A stretch of 64,000 nt of DNA, from positions 1 to 64,000 of the forward strand of contig CAVYSY010000058.1 of the NCBI GenBank assembly GCA_963771175.1, written 5' to 3'. The notes under the pieces are model-generated. The model saw nothing but the letters and a program-made list of their open reading frames with translations. It was not told the origin of the DNA and searched no databases. Made by a program: the position numbers and the translations under genes. Positions 19,700-28,297 of the stretch are shown here, one piece after another (position 1 is the stretch's first letter; every line of letters begins with the position of its first letter). Origin of the DNA: an uncultured delta proteobacterium. Lineage in GTDB: Bacteria > Myxococcota > Myxococcia > Myxococcales > Myxococcaceae.

Positions 19700-19885
19700 C
19701 TCCCACCACAGCGGATGAAGTTCATCGGGATCTCTGTACAACTTCATGCGCTCCGCGACGATCTGGGTGTAGCGCAGGCTCCGCCCCGGGCCAGGCGGTG
19801 GCTTCAGCGACACACAGGCGTTGGACAGGAGGGCCAGGGCAAGCAGCAGCCCCGTCCCCCTCGCCCCTGGCGAGTCAGCGCGCAT
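19700..19885 (-). pseudogene. Internally deleted lipoprotein toxin remnant (DUF2380-like)
   Basis: The lipoprotein leader MRADSPGARGTGLLLALALLSNACVSL..LRYT joins directly to a C-terminal-like IVAERMKLY. Only about 60 codons remain. Confidence 0.55.
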
Positions 19886-19933
19886 TGTCCACCCCAAAGG
19901 ATTCCAGGCGCGTGAGGTAGCGCCATGGCCGGC

Positions 19934-20920
19934 TCAGAGCTTCAGCCCGTTGCCGAGCCGTTTGCGCAATGGCTCCAACGCCCGCGTGGAGAGTCCCATC
20001 TCCCGGAGGGAGAGCTGGCGCAGCGCGGGTAGCGCCTTTGGCGAGCGGAAGGCCAGCGCGCCGTCCTCGCTCAGCTCGTTCCGATCCAGCTCCAGGCGCC
20101 GCAGGTTCGTCAGCACCTTGCTGGCCGCGAGCGCCTCGGCGCCTTCGTCGGAGAGGGAATCGCGGTTGAGGGCGAGCAGCTCCAACGACTGGAGAGGCTT
20201 CGCGCGGGCCAGCACGGCGGCGCCCTCGTCGGAGAGCCCCGTCGCCGTCAGGTAGAGCCGCACCAGGGAGGGCCGGAGCCCCGCGAGCGCCTCGGCGCCC
20301 TCGTCCCCGAGCTCCTCGTTGCCCGTCAGGCTGAGCGAGCGCAGGCCCGACAGGGCCTCGCTCCGGGCCAGTGAGGACACCCCCTCCAGGTCCGCCGAGG
20401 AAAGCACCAACCCCTCCAGCCGGCCGACGTGCGCGCCCGAGGCCAGCGCCTCGACAGCCGCGTTCACCCCACCGCCCGACAGCTTCAACCAGCGGACCTG
20501 CTCGAACCACGGCTGCGCCACGGCCCGGGCCAGCTCCTTCCCCTTCCCCTTCCGGACCTCCAGGTTCAGCCGGTGGATGGGCTCGAGCGCGAAGAGCGAA
20601 GCCCCATGCTCGGCGAGGTTCTCCTCGGAGAGGGACACCTCCTCGACGAAGCCGCGGCTGAAGTGGAAGTCGGACGCGCCCAGCTCCTTCAGTCCGGCCA
20701 TCCACGCCTTGCCGTGCTCCCGCAGCAGCGTATCCACCCGCTTGCGCAGGTAGAGCCGCCGCGCCGGATCCATCCCCCGACCAGCGAGCGCCACCTGCGC
20801 CCGGATGAGCTCGGCGCGTGGAGCATCGTCCTCGCGGAAGGCCTCCGCGCAGGCCAGACGGGCCTCCAGTTCCTCCGGGTGGGCGGCCACTCGAGCCACC
20901 AGCGCGCTATCAGGCTTCAT
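19934..20920 (-). CDS. TIGR02996-like N-terminal domain plus leucine-rich repeats (328 aa); retron-associated gene
   Basis: N-terminal LVARVAAHPEELEARLACAEAFRE.D.PRAELIRAQ, then FSRGFVE, then repeats LRSLSLTGNEELGDEGAEALA, LVRLYLTATGLSDEGAAVLA and LRRLELDRNELSEDGALA. ATG 20918-20920 overlaps the RT stop 20917-20919. Confidence 0.85.
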   Translation of the reverse strand: MKPDSALVARVAAHPEELEARLACAEAFREDDAPRAELIRAQVALAGRGMDPARRLYLRKRVDTLLREHGKAWMAGLKELGASDFHFSRGFVEEVSLSEENLAEHGASLFALEPIHRLNLEVRKGKGKELARAVAQPWFEQVRWLKLSGGGVNAAVEALASGAHVGRLEGLVLSSADLEGVSSLARSEALSGLRSLSLTGNEELGDEGAEALAGLRPSLVRLYLTATGLSDEGAAVLARAKPLQSLELLALNRDSLSDEGAEALAASKVLTNLRRLELDRNELSEDGALAFRSPKALPALRQLSLREMGLSTRALEPLRKRLGNGLKL

Positions 20921-22345
20921 CGTCCGAGCAGCTCCTTCACCTCGCGCTGCCAGCGCGCGCCCAGCTCCGGGTGCACCATCCGCACATAGGCCGCGTAGCC
21001 CTCCAGCCAGCGCTCGAAGTCCGGCCGGCCCCTCGCCTGCGAGGCCACCCCGTGCCTGCGGCAGTTGGCGAGGATGGCCTTGAAGCGGCGCCGCTCCTCG
21101 CGCGGGATGGAGACCTTCTGGTTCACCGTGAGGCCCGTCACCCGCTGGCGCGAGCCCTGGCGCATCACCCTCCGCTTCTTGCCGTTCTCGGCGAAGCCCT
21201 CCTGCTGGAGGATGGCGTTGACCCACCACAGGAAGCGGCCCAGGCGCTCGGGGGGCTCGCGGAAGGAGAAGGACAGGTCATCCGCGTAGCGCGTGTAGGT
21301 GGCGCCGAACCTCCCGGCCAGCGCGGTGAGGCGCGCGTCCATGCGCCGGCAGACGAGGTTGGCGATCGCCGGGGACGTGGGCGCTCCCTGCGGCAGCATG
21401 CCCGGCCACACCACCGTCCCGTCCGGCAGCTTCGGACGGTGCGTGGCGAGCCCGGCGAGCACTCCGGCCACCTCCTCGCCATAGCCGTGCGCCAGGAACA
21501 GGCCCTTCACCCGGCGGTAGTGCACCGTGGGGAAGAAGTCCTCGAGGTCCACCCGCACCACCGCCGTGGCCCCCACGTGCGGCTCGGCGTTGCTCACCGT
21601 GGAGCGCCCCTCGATGAAGCCGTGCGCGGCCGGGTGCGGCGGCATGTGCGAGAGCACCTTGTCGAGGAGTGCCCGCTGCACCTCCTTGAGCCTCTGGCGC
21701 GGCGCCGAGATGCGGCGCACCCCGCCCGAGCGCTTGGGCACCTCGAACTCCACGTAGCCCGAACCGGCCGCCGTGCCCGGACGCATCAGCGCGTCCAGCT
21801 CGGAGTCGTCCACGCCCACCAACTCCGCCACATCGGCCCGGGTGTGCAGCGCGGGCAGCTTGCCCGAGACGGGCGGCGGGCGCCTCGCGGCTCCTGGAGA
21901 AGCCGTGAATCTCGTTCCGGAAGAGGCCGAAGTGCCAGCCGGTCGGGTTCCACCCGCCCACGGACCTGCTGTGGGGATGGCGAGGCGGCCGGGCCCGGCG
22001 ATCCGGTGGCGCCACGTCCGCGAGCCCCAACCGGCGCACCGAGGCCCGAGCGGCATGGGCGACGCGCGAGTCCGGGTCCTTCACGCGCTGGCGGAGCCAC
22101 CGGGCCGCCATCACGCCGGAGAACAGGAGCGGGAGGTGCCGCACGCCCTGGAGCCGCTCGCGAGGGTCCACGCTGCGCAACCTGCGCTCGACGGGTGCCA
22201 GCCACGAGCGGCTCACGTAGAAGCGCGCCACCTCGTACTCGGCGAGTCCCTGGTGACGCTCCAGCAGTTCGGTGATGCGCTCGTAGTTCGCATCCGGGTC
22301 CGCCAGCAGGGGCTTGAGTTCGAGGAGGAGGCTGGCGAGGTTCAT
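20917..22345 (-). CDS. Retron-type reverse transcriptase with N-terminal HEAT-like helical domain (about 475 aa; one frameshift near 21865-21915)
   Basis: Motifs PKRSGGVRRISAP, region X SNAEPH (NAxxH), DLEDFFPTV, LPQGAPTSP, YTRYADD, and region Y QRVTGLTVN (VTG). The N-terminal part is in ORF 21278-22345 (MNLASLL..VKDPDSRVAHAAR..GWNPTGWHFGLF). Confidence 0.93.
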
Positions 22346-22376
22346 GCCGTGTACCCAGAGTGGCCGAGGATGAAAC

Positions 22377-22539
22377 CGGTGCTCCTGGAGCCGCCGCCAC
22401 CTGCACGGCAGAGGCAGACGAGGTCAGGGTAGCCCGCCAGGCGGACCTCGTACTGCATCGTTCTTCAATGGGTAACGTCAGCAGCCGCGACGTGACATCG
22501 CGGACGGAAGGCTGGCTGCACGCGACCCCAGGAGCACCG
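22377..22539 (-). ncRNA. Retron msr-msd non-coding RNA
   Basis: Perfect 12-bp inverted repeat cggtgctcctgg (22377-22388) / ccaggagcaccg (22528-22539). G residues lie just inside the 5' arm on the transcribed strand. msr-like stems gcagcc/ggctgc and ccgcga/tcgcgg (22481-22519). msd-like stem gcagacgaggtc/gacctcgtactgc (22414-22456). The region ends about 30 bp upstream of the RT start. Confidence 0.8.
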
Positions 22540-22621
22540 TCGACAAGCTCACCACAACCCGGGGCCGAGTGGGAAGGCCATCCGCGGCCCTTGCCCTGCA
22601 TCGGTGTGGTAGGAGAAACGC

Positions 22622-23857
22622 ATGGCGGACTTTGGTATCGACGTCGACCCATGTGAGGTCGGCCTGGACGCGCGGCGGCTGCGGCGCATCGACACGCATT
22701 TCAGCCGGTATGTTGATGACGGGCGGCTCGCGGGCTGGCAGGTGATGGTCTCGCGCCATGGCAAGGTCGCGCACCTGACGTCGTACGGGCTCGCCGACAA
22801 GGAGGCCGGCCGCAAGGTCGAGACGGACACCCTCTGGCGCATCTACTCGATGACGAAGCCGATCACCTCGGTGGCGGCGATGATGCTGTGGGAAGAGGGA
22901 GCATTCGAGCTCTCCGATCCCGTCAGCCGGTGGCTGCCCGAGTTCGCGGAGCCGCGCGTCTACGTCGGAGGGTCGGCGAGCAAACCCGTCACCGTGCCCG
23001 CGATCGAACCCATCCGCGTGTGGCACCTGCTCACGCACACCGCGGGGTTGACGTACGGCTTCCTCCGGGTGCACGTCACCGATGAGCTCCACCGGCTCCG
23101 AGGCTTCGAGCTCGGCGCGCCGGACGGCTTCGACCTCGCCGCGTGCGTCCGCGCGTGGGCGGAGCTCCCGCTCTCCTTCCAGCCCGGTGCGGAGTGGAAC
23201 TACTCGGTGGCGACGGATGTGCTCGGTCGGCTCGTCGAGGTCGTGTCCGGACAGTCACTCGACACCTTCTTCGCGGAGCGCATCTTCGGCCCGCTCGGGA
23301 TGAAGGACACCGCGTTCTGGTGCCCCGAGGACCGCCAGCATCGCCTCGCCGCGCTGTATGCGATGGCTCCCGGGCGCACCGGGCCGGTCCGCGCCGAATC
23401 GGCCGGAAAGCGCATCACGCAGCCTCCGTCCTGGCTGTCGGGCGGCGGCGGGCTGGTGTCGACGACGCGCGACTACACGCGCTTCACCTGGATGCTCCTG
23501 AACGGCGGCGAGCTCGAAGGCACGCGGCTGCTCTCCCCGCGAACGGTCGAGTACATGACCCGGAACCACCTGCCCGGAGGGGCGGACCTCACCTCCTTCG
23601 GTCGGCCGCTGTTCGCCGAGACGCGGTTCGACGGAGTCGGATTCGGGCTCGGCTTCGGCGTGGTCATCGACCCGGTCGCCTACCGCACGCTGTCGAGCGA
23701 GGGCGAGTACCACTGGGGCGGCATGGCGAGCACCGCGTTCTGGGTCGATCCGGCCGAGGACCTGACCGTCGTATTCATGACCCAGCTCCTCCCGTCGAGC
23801 ACCTACCCCATCCGCACACAGCTCCGCCAGCTCGTCTACCAGGCGATCGTCGACTGA
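22622..23857 (+). CDS. Serine hydrolase, beta-lactamase/esterase family
   Basis: SMTK (SxxK), LLTHTAG, WNYS and WGG motifs, with an AGGAG RBS. Confidence 0.93.
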   Translation: MADFGIDVDPCEVGLDARRLRRIDTHFSRYVDDGRLAGWQVMVSRHGKVAHLTSYGLADKEAGRKVETDTLWRIYSMTKPITSVAAMMLWEEGAFELSDPVSRWLPEFAEPRVYVGGSASKPVTVPAIEPIRVWHLLTHTAGLTYGFLRVHVTDELHRLRGFELGAPDGFDLAACVRAWAELPLSFQPGAEWNYSVATDVLGRLVEVVSGQSLDTFFAERIFGPLGMKDTAFWCPEDRQHRLAALYAMAPGRTGPVRAESAGKRITQPPSWLSGGGGLVSTTRDYTRFTWMLLNGGELEGTRLLSPRTVEYMTRNHLPGGADLTSFGRPLFAETRFDGVGFGLGFGVVIDPVAYRTLSSEGEYHWGGMASTAFWVDPAEDLTVVFMTQLLPSSTYPIRTQLRQLVYQAIVD

Positions 23858-23863
23858 GACCTG

Positions 23864-26740
23864 TCAGCCCCCCGCCTCCGGCCCGGGCTCGTCCTCGTCG
23901 AGGAGCGCCAGGAGGGTGTCGCGCGTGCCTCCCGGGGCCTGCCGCACGAGGGTGTTGAAGCGCTGGTTGCTCGCCCGCACCCGCTCGCCGTGCGCCCGCA
24001 TCGTCGCCAGCACGTCCGGCACCATCCACGGCCGGGAGAGCACCTCCAGGTTCTGCGCCAGCTCGCGGTGGTTGCGCGGCGCGGTGAGGCAGGCGGACAC
24101 CCCGGGCTGCGACAGCGAGTAGCGGTAGCAGTCCACCGCGCTCGGGAGCAGCGTGTCCTGGGGCGCTCCCGGCGCGGGCCGCAGGAGGCGCCCATAGCAG
24201 GTGGAGGTGAAGGTCAGCATCCCCGTCCCGCGCGAGAGGGCCTCGGGGAAGAGGGCCGCCTCCGCGCCTGGATGCGCGGCGCTGTGGCGTGTCATCACCA
24301 CCGGCCACGGGTGCTGGCGCAGGGCCTCCAGTGCGATGTCCCGGTGGTGGGTGGAGAAGCCAAAGGCGCGGACCTTGCCCTCGGCGCGCAGGGCCTCGAG
24401 TGCCTCGAAGTTCTCCGCGTCCAGCCGCTCGCGCGAGCGCACCCAGAACAGCAGGAAGACGTCCAGCCGGTCCGTGCGCAGCAGACGCAGCGCGGACTGC
24501 ACGTCCCGCCGAAGCGCCGCGGCTCCCGAATGGTACGTGCCGGCCACCACCACGAGCCCGTCTCGTGCGGTGCGGCCGGAGCGCAGGAAGCGCGTGAGCT
24601 GCGTGTAGCGCGGCTCCCAGAAGAAGGCGTTCACACCGGCCTCACGGGCCTCGGCCAGCGAGCCGACCGACAAGCCGTGGGCCCCCGAGAGCACGAGCGG
24701 CGAGAGGCTCAACCCCGTGCGGCCCAGGGGGCGCCAGGAGCCGTGCAGCGGAGACTCGGGCGGTGGGCGCGCGGGGCTCGCCTTCGCCCGCTGGGAGCGT
24801 GTGGGCCGCCTCTGCTCGATATCGGGGGCGGCCGCGAAGACCTCGTCGGGGAAGACGAGCGTCATGGCCTCCAGATGCGAGACCACCCGCGCCGGCTCGG
24901 AGGGATCGCGCAGCGCGGCGCACAGGCGCTCGAAGGCGGGGCCATCCGCATGGCGCAACAGCCACGTATAGGCGGAGGCACGGACCTCCGCGTCCGGCTC
25001 GGGGACGGGCCCGTACAGCAGTCCGGCCAGGCGCTCGTCGAGGGTTTCACATCCCTCCAGCACCGAGGCCGCCGCGACCCGGGACATGGGCGAGGTATCG
25101 AGCGACAAGCGCAACAGCGCGCTCAGCTCCTCCCGCTCGCCCTCCGCCTGGAGCAACTCGGCCGCGCGTGCGCGAATCCACGGGTCCGGAGACCGCGCAC
25201 CCGCGAGCCCGGCGGAGCGCAACTCCGTGGATGGCACTTCATGTCGGCACGAGACGAGGCGTGCCATCGCCGCACGGCGCACCGATAGGTCCGGGTCGCT
25301 CGTGCAGGCCACCCGCGCGGAATCCGTATCCAGCACGGCGGCGCGGATCCACGGGTCCTCGCTCTCGGCCGCCGCGCGAATCTCCTCGGGGGAGAGTCCC
25401 TCCCGAGCCACGAGCCCGGCCAGCACCACCGCTCGGACCGAAGGGTCCACGTCCTTCGCGGTCCGAGCAAGAAGGGTCTCGTCCTCCGAGAAGACCGCCG
25501 CCTCCGCCACCGCGCGACGCTCGCGAGGAGAACGGGCCCTGGGCGCGAAGGCCACCAGCGCACGCGCATACGCCGCGATGGCCTCCGGAGCCACTGGCCG
25601 CTGCTCCCATGCGGCGATGACGACCTCGCGCACCAACTCATCCGGGTCATCGAACGCGGCCAGCACCTCCGCGCGGCTCTCCGGGTCATGAACGAGTCCC
25701 GAGAGCGCCGCGCGCCGCACGGCCGGCTCGGGGTGTCGGGCCAGGAGGCGGACGCGCTCCAACAGTCCAGCATGGGCCCTGCGCGCGGCCACCCACGCCG
25801 CCCAGCCCACCGCCCCCGGCCGGGGTGGTTCGTCGAGAATCCGCGAGGCGAGGGCCACGTCGTCCACATCGAGGCGTTCGAGCAGCGCACGGACCTCGTC
25901 CGCGGCATGGGGGACGCGCGGCTCATCCAGCCAGCGCATCGCGAGCCGGAGCGCCTCCGGGTCACGCCGCTCGCGCAGGCGGCGCCGTGCGAGGAACCGT
26001 AGCGGCTCGTGGGGGTCGCCGAGCCACTTCACCAGCTCGGACACGGGGATCTCCGAGGCGGGCATCCGTTCGAGCCGCGCCGTCACCACCGCTGGGTCCT
26101 CGTTGTCGAGGGCCCCTGGAGCCACCGGGAGCGGCGCGGGCACGGGAGGAGTCATGGAAGACGAGGTCGCCCCACCCCACACGCCTTCGAGGTACAGGGA
26201 GGCAGCTCTCACCGCTCGGTGTCGGAACGTCTCCGCCACGGCGTGCACCCGCCGCCGGACGAGAGGGTCCACCTCTCCGAACCAGGCCAGCGCCTGCACC
26301 GCCGCGTTGCGCACGCGCCAGAAGGGGTCCTCCAGCGCTTCCATCAGAAGGTCCAGTGCACCCGTCCCCGCCACCGAGGCCGCGGCCCGGATGGCGGCGC
26401 GGCGCACCCACCAGACCGGCTCCTCGTGGAGGGCTCGCGACGCCTGCGGCAACGACTCTTCCACCCCCAGCCGCGCCAGTGCACGCCAGGCCCGGTCTCG
26501 GACGCTGGGCATCGGATCGCGCAGGGCCTCCAACAGGGCCGGAGCGAAGCCACCATCCCGAGCCTCACCGAGCCGGCGCGCGGCGGAGGCTCGGACCTCG
26601 GCGTCCTCGTCCGTCAGCAGCGCCTGCCGCAGGGAATACCGGCCCGGGGGCACCGAGAGCTCCACGGCATCCACCGCCTCGCGCCGCACCTCGGCGTTCT
26701 CGTCGAGCAGCCGCACGGCGGCGGGGTCCAGGAGGGTCAT
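23864..26740 (-). CDS. HEAT-repeat protein fused to a C-terminal aldo/keto reductase-like domain (958 aa)
   Basis: Many DxxxxVRxxA repeats over about 640 aa, then WRPLGRTGLSLSPL..SALRLLRTDRLDVFLL..EGKVRAFGFSTH..YRYSLSQPGV. Confidence 0.8.
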   Translation of the reverse strand: MTLLDPAAVRLLDENAEVRREAVDAVELSVPPGRYSLRQALLTDEDAEVRASAARRLGEARDGGFAPALLEALRDPMPSVRDRAWRALARLGVEESLPQASRALHEEPVWWVRRAAIRAAASVAGTGALDLLMEALEDPFWRVRNAAVQALAWFGEVDPLVRRRVHAVAETFRHRAVRAASLYLEGVWGGATSSSMTPPVPAPLPVAPGALDNEDPAVVTARLERMPASEIPVSELVKWLGDPHEPLRFLARRRLRERRDPEALRLAMRWLDEPRVPHAADEVRALLERLDVDDVALASRILDEPPRPGAVGWAAWVAARRAHAGLLERVRLLARHPEPAVRRAALSGLVHDPESRAEVLAAFDDPDELVREVVIAAWEQRPVAPEAIAAYARALVAFAPRARSPRERRAVAEAAVFSEDETLLARTAKDVDPSVRAVVLAGLVAREGLSPEEIRAAAESEDPWIRAAVLDTDSARVACTSDPDLSVRRAAMARLVSCRHEVPSTELRSAGLAGARSPDPWIRARAAELLQAEGEREELSALLRLSLDTSPMSRVAAASVLEGCETLDERLAGLLYGPVPEPDAEVRASAYTWLLRHADGPAFERLCAALRDPSEPARVVSHLEAMTLVFPDEVFAAAPDIEQRRPTRSQRAKASPARPPPESPLHGSWRPLGRTGLSLSPLVLSGAHGLSVGSLAEAREAGVNAFFWEPRYTQLTRFLRSGRTARDGLVVVAGTYHSGAAALRRDVQSALRLLRTDRLDVFLLFWVRSRERLDAENFEALEALRAEGKVRAFGFSTHHRDIALEALRQHPWPVVMTRHSAAHPGAEAALFPEALSRGTGMLTFTSTCYGRLLRPAPGAPQDTLLPSAVDCYRYSLSQPGVSACLTAPRNHRELAQNLEVLSRPWMVPDVLATMRAHGERVRASNQRFNTLVRQAPGGTRDTLLALLDEDEPGPEAGG

Positions 26741-26777
26741 TGCACGCGGACTCTATGCGCCCTGATAAAGTGAGGAC

Positions 26778-27428
26778 ATGCCCGACATGCTGGCCATCAT
26801 CAGCAAGGCCGTGTTCGAGAAGGAGGCGGCCGGCCGTGCCCCTGGCGAGGTGCTCCCCATCGACCGGTACCGAAGCGCCAGCAAGCACCTGGAGCCGCTG
26901 CGCTCTGGAGGGCGGCTCTTCCTCGTCACGGTGCGGCCGCCGACGGAGGCGCTCTGGCTGGTGGCGGTGCTCGACGGGCTGAAGTTCGAGGAGGGCGAGT
27001 GGCACGCCCAGCCCAACCACGTGCCCATCACCGACATCACCGCCCTCATCCCCCGCCTCCGCTTCGAATCGGGCAAGGGCATCCAGGCCGCGAAGGGGGC
27101 CCTGGGCATGTCGCTGCAGACGCCTCGAGCGCTGGCGTCCGGAGACGTGGAGCTGCTGTTGGGAGCGGGAGGGGGCTCGGTGGAGGAGCGCCTCGTCAAC
27201 CTCACCGCTCACGACGCGAGCGGGCCGCTGCCGTGCCTGTGCCGCCGCTGCCTGCCCGGGAGTGGTGAGCGCGCCGAGGCGGGAGGCATGTCGTTCACCC
27301 GCGCCCAGGTGGAGACCGAGGGCCGGGTGCTCCACTATTGGTTGCCCGACGAGCTGCGGCCCGACACCCGTCAGGTGGAGGAGGCGGTCCGGGGCGCGCT
27401 CACGTCACGCCTCCGCCCGCTCCGCTGA
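26778..27428 (+). CDS. Hypothetical protein with PCLCRRC motif
   Basis: GAGG RBS and coding-like codon usage. Divergent from the HEAT-AKR gene with only 37 bp between the starts. Confidence 0.7.
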   Translation: MPDMLAIISKAVFEKEAAGRAPGEVLPIDRYRSASKHLEPLRSGGRLFLVTVRPPTEALWLVAVLDGLKFEEGEWHAQPNHVPITDITALIPRLRFESGKGIQAAKGALGMSLQTPRALASGDVELLLGAGGGSVEERLVNLTAHDASGPLPCLCRRCLPGSGERAEAGGMSFTRAQVETEGRVLHYWLPDELRPDTRQVEEAVRGALTSRLRPLR

Positions 27429-27440
27429 GCTCGCACTGCG

Positions 27441-28284
27441 TCAGTAGGGCCGGCCCGGCGCCTTGCTGAAGTCGCTCCGAGCGCTCCCTCCCTGGCGCAC
27501 GAGCCAGCGCATGGCACCCGGCGACGAAATCGAAGAGGAGGTACATGGAGCCCAGTGAGCGCGGCATGTCCAGGACGAGTGTCCGGCGCTCGAGGCCCTC
27601 GACGATGGCCTGGGCGAGCTCCTCGGGAGCGAGCGGCGGGACGAAGTCCGCCATCCGCGGCATGCGCGCGGAGGGCACGTGCTTGCCGAAGAAGTCCGTG
27701 CCCGCCACCGTCCCGGGACGGACGAGCATGACGTGCACGGGCGTGTGGGCCAGCTCCGCCTGCAGCGTCTGCGTGTAGCCGCCCACCGCCGCCTTCATCG
27801 CCGAGTACGCCGCGGACGAGCTCCCCACGAAGATGCGCCCCACGGAGGAGCCCATGTTGACGATGTGGCCGGACCCGCGCGCCAGCATGGAGGGCAGCAC
27901 GGCCTTGGTGGTGTAGACGATGGCGTTGAAGCCCACCGACATCGTCCGCTCCACGTCCTCCACGGACATGTCGACCACGTCCTGCCACCGCACGAAGGCG
28001 GCGTTGTTGACGAGCACGTCGATGCGGCCCGCCTCCTTCAGGATGCCCGCGCACCACGCCTCCACCTGACCCCGGTCCGAGACGTCACAGCGGGTGAAGC
28101 GGAAGCGCTCGGCCCCGGGGAGCCGCGCGGCCTGCTCGCGAGCCGTCCGCAGGTGCTCCTCGGAGATGTCGCACACGTGGACCGTGCCACCGGCCTCGGC
28201 GAGTCGACGCGCCGTCGCCCAGCCGATGCCCTGGGCCCCACCCGTCACCAGGCACACCGCATCCTTCAAGAAGTCCTTCGACAT
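27441..28284 (-). CDS. Short-chain dehydrogenase/reductase; frameshift near 3' end
   Basis: TGGAQGIG, LVNNA and YSAMK (YxxxK). The alternative frame ends AMRWLVRQGG..GRPY* at 27441. Confidence 0.9.
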
Positions 28285-28297
28285 GGAGAGTCCTCTC

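Noticed and set aside
20917..22345. RT as a group II intron, DGR or CRISPR-associated RT
   Set aside because: It has retron-specific NAxxH and VTG motifs and an upstream inverted-repeat ncRNA. I saw no maturase/intron ends, TR/VR pair or cas1.
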